Shown in pieces: positions 14,449 to 29,083 of a stretch of 32,000 nucleotides of DNA. The stretch spans positions 900,001 to 932,000 of the forward strand of contig NC_008789.1 of NCBI RefSeq assembly GCF_000015585.1. Direction: 5' to 3'. Below the pieces are notes generated by a model, which ran no database searches, had not been told where the DNA came from, and worked only from the letters and a program-made list of their open reading frames with translations. The first letter of the stretch is position 1. Each line of letters begins with the position of its first letter. A program made the position numbers and the translations under genes. The stretch comes from Halorhodospira halophila SL1. Lineage in GTDB: Bacteria; Pseudomonadota; Gammaproteobacteria; Nitrococcales; Halorhodospiraceae.

Positions 14449-15447
14449 TTAGCCGGCGATACGGGCGCGGTCCCCGAGGGACGGCGGCGGCCAGTTATCG
14501 AGTTGCATGCCCAGCGACAGCCCGTGCTCGGCCAGGGTGTCCTTGATCTCGTTGAGCGACTTCTTGCCGAGGTTCGGCGTCTTGAGCAGCTCGACCTCAG
14601 TGCGCTGAACCAGATCACCCACGAAGTGGATGCTCTCAGCCTTGAGGCAGTTGGCCGAACGGACCGTGAGCTCGAGGTCGTCGATGGGACGCAGCAGCAC
14701 CGGGTCGATCTCCGGCTCTTCCTGCTCGTCGCCGCCCTCCAGCAGCCCACCCTCGAGGTCGACGAACACCGACAGCTGGTCACGCAGCAGGCTGGCCGCG
14801 AATTTCACCGCCTCCTCGGGCGTCACCACGCCGTTGGTCTCGACGTCCAGGACGAGCTTGTCCAGGTCAGTGCGCTGCTCGACACGGGCGCTCTCGACCG
14901 CGTAGGAGACGCGGCGGACCGGGCTGAAGCTCGCATCCAGGGCCAGGTGACCGATGGTGCGGGTGTCTTCCTCCTCGCGCGCGGTGACCGGCAGGTAGCC
15001 GCGGCCGCGCTCGATCTTCAGCGACGCCTTGAACGGCTGCTCGTGGGTGATCGTGGCGATGTGCAGATCCGGATTCTGGATCTCCACGTCGTGATCGGTG
15101 GCGATGTCCGCCGCCGTCACCGAACCCGGCCCCTGCTTCTCGACGCTGAGCGTCACCGAGTCACGCTCGTTGAGGCGCACGGCGAGGTCCTTGAGGTTGA
15201 GGAGGATGTCCACAGTGTCCTCGTGGATGCCCTCCACCGCCGTGTACTCGTGCTGTACGCCCTCGATCTCCACCTCGGTGACCGCAGTCCCGGGCATGGA
15301 CGAGAGCAGCAGCCGCCGCAGGGCGTTGCCCAGCGTGTGGCCAAAGCCCCGCTCCAGCGGCTCCAGGACCACCTTGGCGCGGTTGTCCGAGAGCGGCTCG
15401 ATCTCGACCGAGCGCGGCTTGAGAAAGTCCTTCAGGTACCCCTTCAT
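14449..15447 (-). CDS. rpoA: DNA-directed RNA polymerase subunit alpha
   Basis: Collinear with E. coli RpoA ([24 protein letters not shown]-terminal [36 protein letters not shown]). Start set to ATG 15447 (AAGGTG upstream), which matches the E. coli N-terminal length. The track ORF begins at GTG 15456. Confidence 0.96.
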   Translation of the reverse strand: MKGYLKDFLKPRSVEIEPLSDNRAKVVLEPLERGFGHTLGNALRRLLLSSMPGTAVTEVEIEGVQHEYTAVEGIHEDTVDILLNLKDLAVRLNERDSVTLSVEKQGPGSVTAADIATDHDVEIQNPDLHIATITHEQPFKASLKIERGRGYLPVTAREEEDTRTIGHLALDASFSPVRRVSYAVESARVEQRTDLDKLVLDVETNGVVTPEEAVKFAASLLRDQLSVFVDLEGGLLEGGDEQEEPEIDPVLLRPIDDLELTVRSANCLKAESIHFVGDLVQRTEVELLKTPNLGKKSLNEIKDTLAEHGLSLGMQLDNWPPPSLGDRARIAG

Positions 15448-15472
15448 GGACGACACCTTGCAGTTGCGGCTG

Positions 15473-16096
15473 TTACTTCGAGTACAGCTCGACGATCAGC
15501 GATTCGTTGATTTCTTGCGACAGATCGGCGCGGTCCGGGGCCTGCTTGAAGACGCCTTCCATCTTGGTGGCGTCGACATCGACCCAGGAGGCCCAGCCGT
15601 TCTGCTGCGCCAGCTCCAGGGCGGCCTGGATGCGCAGCTGGCTCTTGGCCTTCTCCTTGACGGAGACGGTGTCGCCCGGCTGCACCTGGTACGACGGGAT
15701 GTTCACCACCCGGCCGTTGACCAGGACGCCGCGGTGATTGACCAGCTGCCGTGCCTCGGCGCGGGTGCTGCCAAAGCCCATCCGGTAGCAGACGTTATCC
15801 AGGCGGCTCTCGAGCAGCTGCAGCAGCGCGGTGCCGGTGGCGGCCTTACGGCGGGCGGCTTCCTTGTAGTAATTACGGAACTGCCGCTCCATGATGCCGT
15901 ACATGCGGCGCACCTTCTGCTTCTCGCGCAGCTGCAGGCCGTAGTCGGACATGCGGCCGCCGCGGCGCTGCCCGTGCTGCCCCGGGGGCTGCTCGAGCTT
16001 GCACTTGGTGTCGATCGACCGGACGCCGCTCTTCAGGAACAGGTCGGTTTTCTCGCGGCGCGCCAGTTTGCACTTGGGACCAATATACTTCGCCAT
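15473..16096 (-). CDS. rpsD: 30S ribosomal protein S4
   Basis: [24 protein letters not shown]... Start trimmed to ATG 16096, giving 207 aa. Confidence 0.97.
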   Translation of the reverse strand: MAKYIGPKCKLARREKTDLFLKSGVRSIDTKCKLEQPPGQHGQRRGGRMSDYGLQLREKQKVRRMYGIMERQFRNYYKEAARRKAATGTALLQLLESRLDNVCYRMGFGSTRAEARQLVNHRGVLVNGRVVNIPSYQVQPGDTVSVKEKAKSQLRIQAALELAQQNGWASWVDVDATKMEGVFKQAPDRADLSQEINESLIVELYSK

Positions 16097-16112
16097 GGCG
16101 AGCGCTTCCTCC

Positions 16113-16508
<396 letters not shown>

Positions 16509-16579
16509 AGGTCTCTGTTCCCGTGTTCGCTCCGAACGCGGTGCCGATCCGGCCCACGCGTTGAATGTTGCCTACCCGA

Positions 16580-16939
16580 TCAGCGGCTGGCGGGGCCCCG
16601 ACGCGGACCCTTGCGCGTACGCGCGTTGGTCTGCGTCTGTTGCCCGCGTACCGGCAGGCCGCGGCGATGCCGCATGCCTCGGTAGCAGCCGAGGTCCATC
16701 AGGCGCTTGATGTCCATCGCGACCGAGCGACGCAGGTCGCCCTCGATGACGTAGTTGCCAACTTCCTGCCGCAGCGCCTCGACCTCGGCGTCGTTGAGGT
16801 CGCGGACGCGTCGGTCGTGCGGCACGCCGGCCGCGTTGCAGATGCTCAGTGCACGCGTGCGGCCGATCCCGTAGATCGAGGTCAGCGCGACCCACGCATG
16901 CTTGTGTGTCGGTATGTTGATTCCTGCGATTCGGGCCAT
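16580..16939 (-). CDS. rpsM: 30S ribosomal protein S13
   Basis: [11 protein letters not shown]....ALTSIYGIG...A..IC. Confidence 0.97.
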   Translation of the reverse strand: MARIAGINIPTHKHAWVALTSIYGIGRTRALSICNAAGVPHDRRVRDLNDAEVEALRQEVGNYVIEGDLRRSVAMDIKRLMDLGCYRGMRHRRGLPVRGQQTQTNARTRKGPRRGPASR

Positions 16940-17009
16940 GGGGCCAACTCTCCCGTGATTCGCGCTTGTTGGGTGCCGGGTCGATCCGCCGGTGCTATCC
17001 GGCCCGAGA

Positions 17010-17123
17010 TCAGCCCTGGCGCTGTTTGTGCCGGGCCTCCGTGCAGATCACCCGCACGGTCCCGCGCCGCTTCACGATTTTGCAGTTGCGGCAAACCCGC
17101 TTGACCGATGCCCTGACTTTCAT
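17010..17123 (-). CDS. rpmJ: 50S ribosomal protein L36 (Zn-ribbon form)
   Basis: Too short for the ORF track. Hand translation: [37 protein letters not shown], followed by TGA at 17012-17010. Confidence 0.93.
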   Translation of the reverse strand: MKVRASVKRVCRNCKIVKRRGTVRVICTEARHKQRQG

Positions 17124-17230
17124 CGTCGTCTCTCCAATAATCCGAGCGCGGCCGCTCACGGGCGACCCAAAGGCGCGAAAGGATACCAGTCCACGCGCCT
17201 GGGTGCCACCCCGCAGCCAGTTTTATCGAT

Positions 17231-18574
<1,344 letters not shown>

Positions 18575-18575
18575 C

Positions 18576-19016
18576 TTAACCCTCCTCGACGACTTGGCCG
18601 CCGGCCGCCTCGATCGCCTTGCGGGCGCCCTGGGTCACCTTGACCCCGCGCACGCTCACGGCGCGATCGATGGTCCCCGAGGCAATGACCTTCACGTAGC
18701 GCATGTTCTTGCGCACAACACCAGCCTTGTGAAGGGCCGCCAAGTCCACCGTGTCGCCGTCGACGCGGGCGATCTCATGGAGGCGGACCTCCGCGGTGCG
18801 CAGCCCCTTCTGGGAGCTGAAGCCGTACTTCGGCACCCGGCGCTGCAACGGCATCTGGCCGCCTTCGAAGCCGACCTTATGGAAGCCGCCGGAACGGCTG
18901 TGCTGCCCCTTGTGGCCGCGCCCGGCGGTCTTGCCCAGGCCGCTGCCCGCACCGCGCCCGGCGCGCTTGGCGTCCGGCCGGCTACCCGCGCTCGGCGACA
19001 GTTGATTGAGCCGCAT
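18576..19016 (-). CDS. rplO: 50S ribosomal protein L15
   Basis: [13 protein letters not shown]...RGHKGQ.SRSGG. Confidence 0.97.
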   Translation of the reverse strand: MRLNQLSPSAGSRPDAKRAGRGAGSGLGKTAGRGHKGQHSRSGGFHKVGFEGGQMPLQRRVPKYGFSSQKGLRTAEVRLHEIARVDGDTVDLAALHKAGVVRKNMRYVKVIASGTIDRAVSVRGVKVTQGARKAIEAAGGQVVEEG

Positions 19017-19205
19017 TTACGCCTCCTGAACTTCCAGCATATAAGACACCTTCCGGATCATCCCGCGATTCTCCGGGGTGTCGTCGACCAGGACGGTCTG
19101 GTGCATCCGGCGCAGGCCCAGCCCGCGCACACACTGACGGTGCTTCTGCAGCCGGCCGTGGACGCTGCGCCGCAGCGTTACCTGGAGCTTCTTCTGATTA
19201 GCCAT
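19017..19205 (-). CDS. rpmD: 50S ribosomal protein L30
   Basis: 61 aa, [27 protein letters not shown]. Its stop abuts the rplO ATG. Confidence 0.95.
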
Positions 19206-19207
19206 GA

Positions 19208-19711
19208 TCAGCCCGTAATCTCTTCGACACTCTTGCCCCGCCGGGCCGCAACGGCCTCCGGGGAGTCCATCGAGGCCAGCCCGTCGACCGTCGCGCGCAC
19301 CACGTTGATCGGGTTGCGCGAGCCCACCGACTTGGCCAGCACGTCCTGCACGCCGAGCACCTCGAAGACCGCGCGCATGGCGCCGCCGGCGATGATGCCG
19401 GTACCCGGCGAGGCCGGCTTCATGAAGACCTTGCTCGACCCGTGGAAATGGGTCACCGGGTAGCGCAGAGTCGGGCCATCCAGCGGCACGGTGCGCATCC
19501 CGCCGCGCGCCCGCTCCATCGCCTTCTGGATCGCTGCGGGTACCTCGCGGGCCTTGCCGTAACCGAACCCGACTCGCCCCTCGCCGTCGCCGACCACGGT
19601 CAGCGCGGTGAAGCCGAACTGGCGGCCACCCTGGACCACCTTGGCCACGCGGTTGATCGTGATCAGCTTCTCGCGGAGCCCGTCCGCGCCGGTTTGTTCA
19701 CCGTTCGCCAT
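19208..19711 (-). CDS. rpsE: 30S ribosomal protein S5
   Basis: [47 protein letters not shown]. Confidence 0.97.
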
Positions 19712-19729
19712 AGCTTCTTAGCCCCTAAC

Positions 19730-20083
19730 CTAGAACTTCAGTCCGGCTTCGCGCGCGGCCTCGGCCAACGCCTGCACACGGCCGTGATACTGGTAGCCGC
19801 CACGGTCGAATGCCACCTGCTCGATACCGGCCGCCTTGGCGCGCTCGGCGATCAGCCGGCCGACCTCTTGGGCGGCGCTGACGTTGCCGGTCCCCTCGCT
19901 GCGCTGACGCAGGGCGGGCTCCACCGTCGAGGCCGCGGCCAGCGTGGTGGCGCCGTCCGGCTGCTGCACCTGTGCGTAGATGTGGCGCGGCGTGCGGTGG
20001 ACCGAGAGCCGGTAGGCACCGACGTCGCGGATGCGCCCGCGGCTCTTGCGCGCGCGCCGCATGCGTGCTGTCTTCTTGTCCAT
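19730..20083 (-). CDS. rplR: 50S ribosomal protein L18
   Basis: [15 protein letters not shown]...[15 protein letters not shown]. Start trimmed to ATG 20083, giving 117 aa as in E. coli. Confidence 0.96.
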   Translation of the reverse strand: MDKKTARMRRARKSRGRIRDVGAYRLSVHRTPRHIYAQVQQPDGATTLAAASTVEPALRQRSEGTGNVSAAQEVGRLIAERAKAAGIEQVAFDRGGYQYHGRVQALAEAAREAGLKF

Positions 20084-20098
20084 CTTCGTCCCCACCGC

Positions 20099-20632
20099 CT
20101 ACTTCTTCTTGGCTTCTTTGAGGACCACCCGCTCGTCGGCGTAGCGCACGCCCTTGCCCTTGTAGGGCTCCGGCGGACGGTACCCGCGAATCTGGGCGGC
20201 CACCTGGCCAACCTGCTGCTTGTCGGCGCCCTTGACCACGACCTCCGTCTGCGAGGGGCACTCGATCGTGACGCCCTCCGGGATCTCGTAGTGCACCGGG
20301 TGCGAGAAACCGAGCGTCAGGTTCAGGGTGCTGCCCTGGACCTGCGCGCGGTAGCCGACGCCCTTGAGCTCGAGGCGGCGCTCGAAGCCCTCGCTGACGC
20401 CGGTGACCATGTTCTGCACCAAGGCCCGCGTGGTACCGGTCAGCGCCACCGCACGGGTGCTCTGCTGCCGGGGCTCGAAGGTGAGCGTGCCTTCTTCCTG
20501 GTTCAGCGAAACCAGGCGGTGGCAGCTCCACGCCATCTGGCCCTTGGGGCCCTTGACCTGAATGTCGTTGCCCTGGAGCGTCACCTCAACGCCGGAGGGG
20601 ACCTCCACGGGTGCCTTTGCGACTCTCGACAT
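20099..20632 (-). CDS. rplF: 50S ribosomal protein L6
   Basis: [31 protein letters not shown]. Confidence 0.97.
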   Translation of the reverse strand: MSRVAKAPVEVPSGVEVTLQGNDIQVKGPKGQMAWSCHRLVSLNQEEGTLTFEPRQQSTRAVALTGTTRALVQNMVTGVSEGFERRLELKGVGYRAQVQGSTLNLTLGFSHPVHYEIPEGVTIECPSQTEVVVKGADKQQVGQVAAQIRGYRPPEPYKGKGVRYADERVVLKEAKKK

Positions 20633-20647
20633 GATTGCCCGTCCTGT

Positions 20648-21043
20648 CTAGAAGACCCAGCAGAGTACCTCGCCACCGTGCCCCTGCGCGCGGGCCTGGC
20701 CATCGCTCATCACGCCCTTGGACGTGGAGATGATGGCGGTGCCCAGCCCGTTGCGCACGCGCGGCAGCTCGTCACGACCGCGGTAAACCCGCAGACCCGG
20801 CCGGCTGTAACGCTGGATTTCGCGGATTGCCGGCTGACCCTCGTGGTACCGGAGCGTGACCTCCAGGACCGGCTTCTTCTCTTCCCCGACCTCGCGGTAA
20901 CCCTCGATGTAGCCCTCCTCCTGGAGGACGGCGGCAATCGCCCGCTTGAGCTTCGAGGACGGCATACGCACGTCCGCCTTCTCGGCGTGGTGCGCGTTCC
21001 GTACCCGGGTCAGCATGTCGGCAATGGGATCGGTCATGCTCAT
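20648..21043 (-). CDS. rpsH: 30S ribosomal protein S8
   Basis: [17 protein letters not shown]... Confidence 0.97.
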   Translation of the reverse strand: MSMTDPIADMLTRVRNAHHAEKADVRMPSSKLKRAIAAVLQEEGYIEGYREVGEEKKPVLEVTLRYHEGQPAIREIQRYSRPGLRVYRGRDELPRVRNGLGTAIISTSKGVMSDGQARAQGHGGEVLCWVF

Positions 21044-21054
21044 CGTCTATCCCC

Positions 21055-21360
21055 TTACCAGCTCGAGAGGGTCAGGCCCGGGATCTCGCCGTTCATGGCC
21101 GCCCGACGCAGCTCATTACGGGCCAGCCCGAACTTGCGATAGTACCCCCGCGGCCGGCCCGACTTGGCGCAGCGGTTGCGCTGGCGCACGGGGCTGGCGT
21201 TGCGCGGGATCTGCTGTAGCTTGAGCTGCGCTTCGAAGCGCTCCTCGACGCTCGACTCAGGGCTTTCGATAATCGCCTTGAGCCGCTCGCGCTTGGCGGA
21301 GTACTTCTGGGCCAGCTTGCGGCGCTTTCGGTCGCGCTCAACCATGGAGTTCTTGGCCAT
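21055..21360 (-). CDS. rpsN: 30S ribosomal protein S14 (long, non-zinc form)
   Basis: 101 aa, [16 protein letters not shown]....RNRC...[26 protein letters not shown]. Confidence 0.97.
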   Translation of the reverse strand: MAKNSMVERDRKRRKLAQKYSAKRERLKAIIESPESSVEERFEAQLKLQQIPRNASPVRQRNRCAKSGRPRGYYRKFGLARNELRRAAMNGEIPGLTLSSW

Positions 21361-21380
21361 CTGCGCTGCTCCTCTGGACG

Positions 21381-21920
21381 TCAGGTCCGGAAGGGAAAGC
21401 CGAACCCTTCGAGCAGGGCCTTCCCTTCCGCGTCGGTGCGAGCGGTGGTGGACACGGTGATGTCCATGCCGCGCACCCGATCGATTTCGTCGTAGTCGAT
21501 CTCCGGGAAGATCAGTTGCTCCCGGATACCGAGGTTGTAGTTGCCCCGCCCGTCGAACGACCGCGGCGAGAACCCACGGAAGTCGCGGACCCGCGGGGAG
21601 GCCACGTGGATGAAGCGCTCGAGGAACTCGTACATCCGATCGCGGCGCAGCGTCACCTTGCAGCCGATTGGCCAGCCCTCACGGATCTTGAACCCGGCCA
21701 CCGACTTGCGAGCGCGGGTCACCACTGGCTTCTGCCCGGCGATCTTGGCCAGATCCTCCTGCGCGGCCTCCAGGATCTTCTTGTCCTTGGTGGCCTCACC
21801 CAGACCCATGTTGATGACGATCTTCTGCAGCTGGGGCACCTGCATGACGTTCTGGTACCCGAAGCGCTCTTTGAGGGCCGGGGTGACCTCTTCCCGATAA
21901 ACCTTTCGCAACGTCGCCAT
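21381..21920 (-). CDS. rplE: 50S ribosomal protein L5
   Basis: [37 protein letters not shown]. Start trimmed to ATG 21920, because the rplX stop lies at 21931. Confidence 0.97.
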   Translation of the reverse strand: MATLRKVYREEVTPALKERFGYQNVMQVPQLQKIVINMGLGEATKDKKILEAAQEDLAKIAGQKPVVTRARKSVAGFKIREGWPIGCKVTLRRDRMYEFLERFIHVASPRVRDFRGFSPRSFDGRGNYNLGIREQLIFPEIDYDEIDRVRGMDITVSTTARTDAEGKALLEGFGFPFRT

Positions 21921-21930
21921 TCCAGCCCCC

Positions 21931-22248
21931 TCAGGCGTCAATCAGCTGCTGGTTCGACTTGAAATAACGCACCTTACGATCCCCCTCCTGGCGGACGCCG
22001 ACGCGGTCGGCTTTCTCCGTCTCGGGGTTGTAGATCGCCACATTCGAGATGTGGATCGGTGCCTCTTTCTCGATAATCCCGCCGGTGGTGCCCTGCATCG
22101 GGTTCCCGCGCGTATGCCGCTTGACCATGTTCACGTTGTCCACGATCACACGGTCCTTCTCGGGGATGACCCGGGAGACCCGGCCACGACGCCCCTTGTC
22201 CTTTCCGGCGATGACGATAACCTCGTCGCCCGTACGAATCTTGCGCAT
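21931..22248 (-). CDS. rplX: 50S ribosomal protein L24
   Basis: [24 protein letters not shown]. Confidence 0.97.
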   Translation of the reverse strand: MRKIRTGDEVIVIAGKDKGRRGRVSRVIPEKDRVIVDNVNMVKRHTRGNPMQGTTGGIIEKEAPIHISNVAIYNPETEKADRVGVRQEGDRKVRYFKSNQQLIDA

Positions 22249-22259
22249 GATGACCTCGC

Positions 22260-22628
22260 CTACAGTACTTCGGGCGCCAGGGAAATGATCCGCATGAAGC
22301 GCTCGTTGCGCAGCTCACGGGTCACGGGGCCAAAGACACGCGTGCCGATCGGCTGCAGGTTGTTGTTCAGCAGCACCGCCGCGTTCCCGTCGAAACGGAT
22401 CTGCGACCCGTCGGCCCGGCGCACGCCCCGCTTGCTGCGGACGACTACAGCGTTGTAGACCTCGCCCTTCTTGACGCGCCCCCGCGGGATCGCGTCCTTG
22501 ACGCTGACCTTGACGATATCACCAATCCCCGCATAGCGGCGCTTGGAGCCGCCCAGCACCTTGATGCACTGCACCTGCCGGGCGCCGCTGTTGTCGGCCG
22601 CTTTGAGGAGGCTTTCCATCTGGATCAT
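22260..22628 (-). CDS. rplN: 50S ribosomal protein L14
   Basis: [33 protein letters not shown]. Confidence 0.98.
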   Translation of the reverse strand: MIQMESLLKAADNSGARQVQCIKVLGGSKRRYAGIGDIVKVSVKDAIPRGRVKKGEVYNAVVVRSKRGVRRADGSQIRFDGNAAVLLNNNLQPIGTRVFGPVTRELRNERFMRIISLAPEVL

Positions 22629-22683
22629 GACGCTTCACCCGCTCTTGTTCTTGCTCGCCCCCTTGCGGGGCACTTCCGCGTGC

Positions 22684-22944
22684 TTAGCTCGCGGCCCGCT
22701 CCAGCACCTTCACCAGCCGCCAGGTCTTGTTCTTCGACAGCGGACGGCACTCCTGGATGGAGACCCAGTCGCCCTCGCGCCCTTCGTTACCCTCGTCGTG
22801 GGCGTGGAGCTTGGTCGACCGCCGGATGAACTTGCCGTACAGCGGGTGCTTCACGCGGCGCTCGACCAGCACGGTGAGGGTCTTGTCCATCTTGCTGCTG
22901 ACCACGCGCCCGTTGACGGTGCGGGTGTTCTTCTCTTCGCTCAT
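22684..22944 (-). CDS. rpsQ: 30S ribosomal protein S17
   Basis: [38 protein letters not shown]. The ATG overlaps the rpmC stop. Confidence 0.97.
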   Translation of the reverse strand: MSEEKNTRTVNGRVVSSKMDKTLTVLVERRVKHPLYGKFIRRSTKLHAHDEGNEGREGDWVSIQECRPLSKNKTWRLVKVLERAAS

Positions 22945-23144
22945 GCCTGCCGCTCCGCACGCTTACGCTCGTTGAGCACGGTCTTGATGCGCGCGACATC
23001 GCGGCGCACCTTGCCGAGCTGATCGGTCCGGGCCAGCTGACCGCTGGCCTTCTGCATCCGCAGATTGAACTGTTCCTTGCGGCGCTCGAGCAGCTCGTTC
23101 TCGAGTTCTTCGGTCTTCTTTTCGCGCAGCTCGCTCGCCTTCAT
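22941..23144 (-). CDS. rpmC: 50S ribosomal protein L29
   Basis: [40 protein letters not shown] 23144 overlaps the rplP TGA. The track ORF begins one codon earlier at GTG. Confidence 0.96.
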   Translation of the reverse strand: MKASELREKKTEELENELLERRKEQFNLRMQKASGQLARTDQLGKVRRDVARIKTVLNERKRAERQA

Positions 23145-23557
23145 CACATCACCGTCCGGTTCACGAAGGTGGTCTTCACCGGCAGCTTGGCCGCCGCGCG
23201 CCGGAAGGCCTCGCGGGCGACTTCCTCGGACACACCTTCCAGCTCGTAGAGGACGCGCCCGGGCGCGATCGGCTCACACCAGTGGTCCACGTTGCCCTTG
23301 CCCTTACCCATCCGGACCTCGAGCGGCTTCTCGGTGACCGGCTTATCCGGGAAGACCCGGATCCAGATCTTGCCGCCCCGGCGGATGTAGCGGTTGATGG
23401 CACGCCGCGCCGCCTCGATCTGCCGCGAGGTGATCGGCCCGCGGGTGGTTGCCTTGAGGCCGAACTCGCCGAAGCTCACGCGATCACCGCGGGTCGCGAG
23501 GCCCGAGCAGCGGCCCTTTTGCTTCTTGCGGTACTTGGTCCGTTTCGGCTGTAACAT
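23144..23557 (-). CDS. rplP: 50S ribosomal protein L16
   Basis: [17 protein letters not shown]. Confidence 0.98.
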   Translation of the reverse strand: MLQPKRTKYRKKQKGRCSGLATRGDRVSFGEFGLKATTRGPITSRQIEAARRAINRYIRRGGKIWIRVFPDKPVTEKPLEVRMGKGKGNVDHWCEPIAPGRVLYELEGVSEEVAREAFRRAAAKLPVKTTFVNRTVM

Positions 23558-23578
23558 CGCTTACGCGCTCCCGTCCGC

Positions 23579-24265
23579 TCAGCCCTGGGCAGCCGCGGCG
23601 CGCTTGACGCGCTCGGCGGGGGCCCCTTCGTTTTCGGTGTCGATGATCTCGCCCTTGAAGATCCAGACCTTCACACCGATCACACCGTACGTGGTCTTCG
23701 CCTCGGCGAAGCCGTAGTCGATGTCCGCACGCAGGGTGTGCAGCGGCACGCGGCCCTCGCGATACCACTCGGTCCGGGCGATCTCCGAGCCGTTAAGCCG
23801 GCCCGAGACCTGCACCTTGATCCCCTGGGCACCGACGCGCTGGGCGTTGCCGACGGCCCGCTTCAGGGCCCGCCGGAACATCACACGCCGCTCCAGCTGC
23901 CCGGCAATGCTTTCCGCCACGAGCTTGCTGTCGGCCTCCGGCTTGCGGATCTCCTCGATGTTGATGTGTACCGGCACCCCCATCCGGGCCGCCACCTCAC
24001 CGCGAAGCCGATCGATGTCTTCACCCTTCTTGCCGATCACGATGCCCGGGCGGGCGGTGTGGATCGTGACCAGGGCGTTCTTCGCCGGGCGCTCGATCTG
24101 GATGCGACTCACGGAGGCGTTCTTCAGGCGCTCACGAATGAACTCCCGCACCTCCAGGTCGGTGTTGAGGTACTTGCCGAAGTTCGAGCTATCGGCGTAC
24201 CACATGGAACGCCAGTCTTCAGTGACGCCCAGCCTAAACCCTGTGGGATGGGTCTTATTTCCCAT
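23579..24265 (-). CDS. rpsC: 30S ribosomal protein S3
   Basis: [22 protein letters not shown] domain and C-terminal domain are conserved. Confidence 0.98.
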   Translation of the reverse strand: MGNKTHPTGFRLGVTEDWRSMWYADSSNFGKYLNTDLEVREFIRERLKNASVSRIQIERPAKNALVTIHTARPGIVIGKKGEDIDRLRGEVAARMGVPVHINIEEIRKPEADSKLVAESIAGQLERRVMFRRALKRAVGNAQRVGAQGIKVQVSGRLNGSEIARTEWYREGRVPLHTLRADIDYGFAEAKTTYGVIGVKVWIFKGEIIDTENEGAPAERVKRAAAAQG

Positions 24266-24290
24266 GCCGGCCTCTCTCGCTTGATCCGCT

Positions 24291-24623
24291 TCAGTCCTCG
24301 GCGACCGCCACGGTAATGTGGCTGGTCCGCTTGAGGATTCGGTTGGCGCGCCCCTTGGCGCGCGGCTGAATTCGCTTCATCGTCGGGCCCTCGTCGACGA
24401 AGATGCGCGCGACGCGCAGTTCGTCGACATCGGCACCATCGTTATGCTCGGCGTTGGCAACCGCCGACTCGAGCACCTTGCGGACGATCTCCGCGGCCTT
24501 GCGCGGGCTGTACTCGAGCGTCCGCAGCGCGTCGTCCACCGGCAGACCGCGAATCTGATCGGCGACAAGCCGGGCCTTCTGCGGCGAGACACGCGAGAAA
24601 CGCAGTTTTGCTTGAGTCTCCAT
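24291..24623 (-). CDS. rplV: 50S ribosomal protein L22
   Basis: [26 protein letters not shown]. Confidence 0.97.
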   Translation of the reverse strand: METQAKLRFSRVSPQKARLVADQIRGLPVDDALRTLEYSPRKAAEIVRKVLESAVANAEHNDGADVDELRVARIFVDEGPTMKRIQPRAKGRANRILKRTSHITVAVAED

Positions 24624-24635
24624 GGCGTGCTCCCG

Positions 24636-24911
24636 TTATCTCTTCGACTTCTTGTCCGCGGCGTGGCCGCGGAAGCTTCGCGTCACCGCAAACTCGCCCA
24701 GCTTGTGACCAACCATGTTCTCGTTGATCAGCACGGGAACATGCTGGCGCCCGTTGTGGATCGCGATGGTGAGCCCGACCATGTCCGGCATCACCACCGA
24801 GCGGCGCGACCAGGTCTTGATCGGCCGCTTGCTGTTGTTGGCATTCGCCTCTTCCACCTTTTTCAGCAGGTGGTGGTCGATGAACGGCCCTTTTTTGGTC
24901 GAGCGTGGCAC
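24636..24911 (-). CDS. rpsS: 30S ribosomal protein S19
   Basis: (M)[18 protein letters not shown]...[17 protein letters not shown] start at 24911. Confidence 0.97.
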   Translation of the reverse strand: MPRSTKKGPFIDHHLLKKVEEANANNSKRPIKTWSRRSVVMPDMVGLTIAIHNGRQHVPVLINENMVGHKLGEFAVTRSFRGHAADKKSKR

Positions 24912-24924
24912 GATTCTTTACCCC

Positions 24925-25749
24925 TCAACGCTTCCGTCGGCGCACGATGTACTTATCGGTACGCTTGTTCTTGCGGGTCTTATGCCCCTTGGTGGGCATA
25001 CCCCACGGCGAGACCGGGTGACGCCCGCCTGCGGTGCGGCCCTCGCCGCCGCCGTGCGGGTGATCAACCGGGTTCATGGCGACACCACGGACCGTCGGTC
25101 GCACGCCCAGGTGGCGCTTGGCCCCGGCCTTGCCGAGGTTGCGCAGACTGTGCTCGGCGTTGCCGACTTCGCCTACGGTCGCCATGCAGTCGGCGGGCAC
25201 ACGGCGCATCTCGCCGGAGCGAAGGCGCAGCGTCGCCATGCCACTCTCGCGGGCGACGACCTGCACACCGGCTCCGGCGGAGCGAGCGAGCTGCGCACCC
25301 TTGCCGGGCTTGAGCTCGACGCAGTGCACCTGCGTACCGACCGGGATGTTACGCAGCGGCAGGGCGTTGCCCGGCTTGATGGCGGCGTCGCGCCCGCTCT
25401 GGATCGGCGAGCCGGGTTCAACGCCACGAGGCGCGATAATATACCTTCTCTCGCCGTCTTGATAAAGGACCAGAGCGATATTCGCCGAACGATTCGGGTC
25501 GTATTCGAGTCGCTCGACCTTGCCCGGGACACCGGTCTTGTTCCGCTTGAAGTCGATCTGGCGGTAACGCTGCTTGTGGCCCCCCCCGCGATGACGGGTG
25601 GTGATCCGACCGTTGCTGTTGCGCCCGCCGGTCTTGCTCTTCTGCACCACCAGCGGCTCGTAGGGGCCACCCTGGTGCAGCCGGGCGTCCTTCGTCTTGA
25701 CGACGAAACGCCGGCCCGGAGACGTCGGCTTGCTCTTGACTAGTGCCAT
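24925..25749 (-). CDS. rplB: 50S ribosomal protein L2
   Basis: [14 protein letters not shown].....[12 protein letters not shown]; ...HPHGGGEGR. Confidence 0.98.
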   Translation of the reverse strand: MALVKSKPTSPGRRFVVKTKDARLHQGGPYEPLVVQKSKTGGRNSNGRITTRHRGGGHKQRYRQIDFKRNKTGVPGKVERLEYDPNRSANIALVLYQDGERRYIIAPRGVEPGSPIQSGRDAAIKPGNALPLRNIPVGTQVHCVELKPGKGAQLARSAGAGVQVVARESGMATLRLRSGEMRRVPADCMATVGEVGNAEHSLRNLGKAGAKRHLGVRPTVRGVAMNPVDHPHGGGEGRTAGGRHPVSPWGMPTKGHKTRKNKRTDKYIVRRRKR

Positions 25750-25761
25750 GACTGGCTCTCC

Positions 25762-26058
25762 TTACTCCCCGCCGAGGAAGTCGATGTCCTGCCCCTCGGC
25801 CAGGGTGACGTATGCCTTCTTCCAATCCCGGCGCCGGCCGCGAATCATGCCGAAGCGCTTGCGCTTGCCTTTGGCGTTAACGGTCCGCACGCCGGTGACC
25901 TGCACATCGAACAGCTTTTCGACGGCGGCCTTGATCTCCTTCTTGTTGGCGTCGGGCGCCACCTGGAAGACCACCTGGCCAGCACCGTCGGCAATGACCG
26001 TGCTCTTCTCGGAGATGTGCGGGCCACGAAGCACGGTGTAGAGTCGTTCCTGGTTCAT
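25762..26058 (-). CDS. rplW: 50S ribosomal protein L23
   Basis: [18 protein letters not shown]... ATG 26058 overlaps the rplD TGA (ATGA). The track ORF starts 3 codons earlier. Confidence 0.95.
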   Translation of the reverse strand: MNQERLYTVLRGPHISEKSTVIADGAGQVVFQVAPDANKKEIKAAVEKLFDVQVTGVRTVNAKGKRKRFGMIRGRRRDWKKAYVTLAEGQDIDFLGGE

Positions 26059-26672
26059 GACAGCCACTCCTCGACACGGCGGATGGCGGACTCGGTGATC
26101 ACCACCCGCTCGGCGCCGACCAGGCTCGCCGGATCGACGCCGGCGGCGTCGACCACGCCCAGACGCGGCAGGTTGCGGGCCGCCAGCTCGAGGTTGGCGT
26201 CGATCTCGTCAACCACGATCAGGCCCTCGCGCACGCCGAGCCCCTCCAGGCGCGCCTTGAGCTCGCGGGTCTTGGGCGCGTCGACCGTCAACTGCTTGAC
26301 GACCACCAGGCGGTCCTGGCGGGCCAGCTCGGACAGGATCGAGCGCAAGGCGCCGCGATACATCTTGCGGTTGACCTTCTGGGAGAAGTCCCGCGGCTTG
26401 GCCGCGAAGGTCTGGCCACCACCGCGCCACAGCGGGCTGCGGATGGTGCCGGCCCGGGCGTTGCCCGTGCCCTTTTGACGCCAGGGCTTCTTGCCGCCGC
26501 CGGCCACCTCGCTGCGGGTCTTCTGTGCCTTGGTCCCGGCACGCGCCCCGGCGAGGTGGGCAGTGACCACCTGGTGGACGAGCGATTCGCGGAACGGCGC
26601 GTCGAAGGCCTGGTCCGAGACCTCGAGCTGGCCTGCCGCTTCGCCCTTTTCGTTACTGAGCTTGAGCTCCAT
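26055..26672 (-). CDS. rplD: 50S ribosomal protein L4
   Basis: MELKLSN....[42 protein letters not shown]. Start trimmed to ATG 26672 with GGGGGAG upstream. Confidence 0.96.
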   Translation of the reverse strand: MELKLSNEKGEAAGQLEVSDQAFDAPFRESLVHQVVTAHLAGARAGTKAQKTRSEVAGGGKKPWRQKGTGNARAGTIRSPLWRGGGQTFAAKPRDFSQKVNRKMYRGALRSILSELARQDRLVVVKQLTVDAPKTRELKARLEGLGVREGLIVVDEIDANLELAARNLPRLGVVDAAGVDPASLVGAERVVITESAIRRVEEWLS

Positions 26673-26690
26673 GGCTCCCCCTGTCACCTC

Positions 26691-27341
26691 TTACGCCTTG
26701 CTCGCCGGACGGACGATCAGGTCGCTGCCGACGGCCCCAGGGACTGCGCCCCGGATGAGCAGCAGGTTGCGCTCGCTATCCACACGCACGACCTCCAGGT
26801 TCTGGATGGTGGCGCGTCGATTGCCCATCTGCCCGGCCATCTTCTTGCCCTTGAAAACGCGCCCGGGGCTCTGGCACTGACCGATGGAGCCCGGGACCCG
26901 GTGGGACTTCGAGTTGCCGTGGGTGTTGCGCTGCGCCCGGAAGTTGTGCCGGCGCACCGTACCGGCAAAGCCCCGGCCCTTGGTGGTGCCGGTGACGTCG
27001 ACCTTCTGGCCGGCCTCGAAGCCGCCCACGTCGATGGAGCCGCCGGTCTCCGGCATCTCCTCGTCACTGGCCCGCTGGCCCTTGTCCAGACGGAACTCCC
27101 ACACGCCGCGGCCGGCCTCGACCCCGGCCCGGGCGAAGTGCCCGGCCTCAGGCTTGCGCACGCGCTGCGGCTTGCGCCGGCCGGCGGTCACCTGCACGGC
27201 GCGGTAGCCGTCACTCTCCTCGGTCTTCACCTGGGTGACGCGATTCGGGTCCGCCTCGACGACGGTCACCGGGATCGAGCCCCCTTCTTCGGTAAAAACA
27301 CGCGTCATGCCGCGCTTGCGACCGACGATTCCAATTGCCAT
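26691..27341 (-). CDS. rplC: 50S ribosomal protein L3
   Basis: [38 protein letters not shown] upstream. Confidence 0.98.
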   Translation of the reverse strand: MAIGIVGRKRGMTRVFTEEGGSIPVTVVEADPNRVTQVKTEESDGYRAVQVTAGRRKPQRVRKPEAGHFARAGVEAGRGVWEFRLDKGQRASDEEMPETGGSIDVGGFEAGQKVDVTGTTKGRGFAGTVRRHNFRAQRNTHGNSKSHRVPGSIGQCQSPGRVFKGKKMAGQMGNRRATIQNLEVVRVDSERNLLLIRGAVPGAVGSDLIVRPASKA

Positions 27342-27499
27342 CGTCCGCGTCTCCTCAAAATCTCTCTGCCCGGATCTGGCTCACCGGGAACGAATAGACT
27401 CCGGCGGGCGCACGGCGCGCAGCCCCGTGGGGCGGCCTGCCGTTTGCCGGCCGGAGCGCCGGTCACCGCCGGTCGATGTCGATACGGCGGCTCGACGTG

Positions 27500-27829
27500 T
27501 CAGTAGAGCTTGATCTGGACGTCGACACCGGCGGCCAGGTCGAGCTTCATCAGCGCGTCGACCGTCTTGTCCGTCGGGTCGATGATGTCCATCAGCCGCT
27601 TGTGGGTGCGGATCTCGTACTGGTCCCGTGCGTCCTTGTTGACGTGCGGGGAGGTCAGCACGGTGAACCGCTCTTTCTTCACCGGAAGCGGGATGGGGCC
27701 ACAGACGTGGGCCCCGGTCCGCTTCGCGGTATCCACGATTTCCCGGGCGGACTGATCGATCAGTCGATGATCGAACGCCTTCAGCCGGATCCGGATACGC
27801 TGGTTTTGTGTTGCCGCTGCGGTCGCCAT
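27500..27829 (-). CDS. rpsJ: 30S ribosomal protein S10
   Basis: [33 protein letters not shown]. It has a 6-residue N-terminal extension (MATAAAT) relative to E. coli, and the ATG lies 6 nt after the tuf stop. Confidence 0.96.
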   Translation of the reverse strand: MATAAATQNQRIRIRLKAFDHRLIDQSAREIVDTAKRTGAHVCGPIPLPVKKERFTVLTSPHVNKDARDQYEIRTHKRLMDIIDPTDKTVDALMKLDLAAGVDVQIKLY

Positions 27830-27835
27830 GGCTGT

Positions 27836-29026
<1,191 letters not shown>

Positions 29027-29083
29027 GCCACACCTCGTTTATCTTGTACGGTCTCTCGTCTGAAACTGAACGGCGACGTACGT

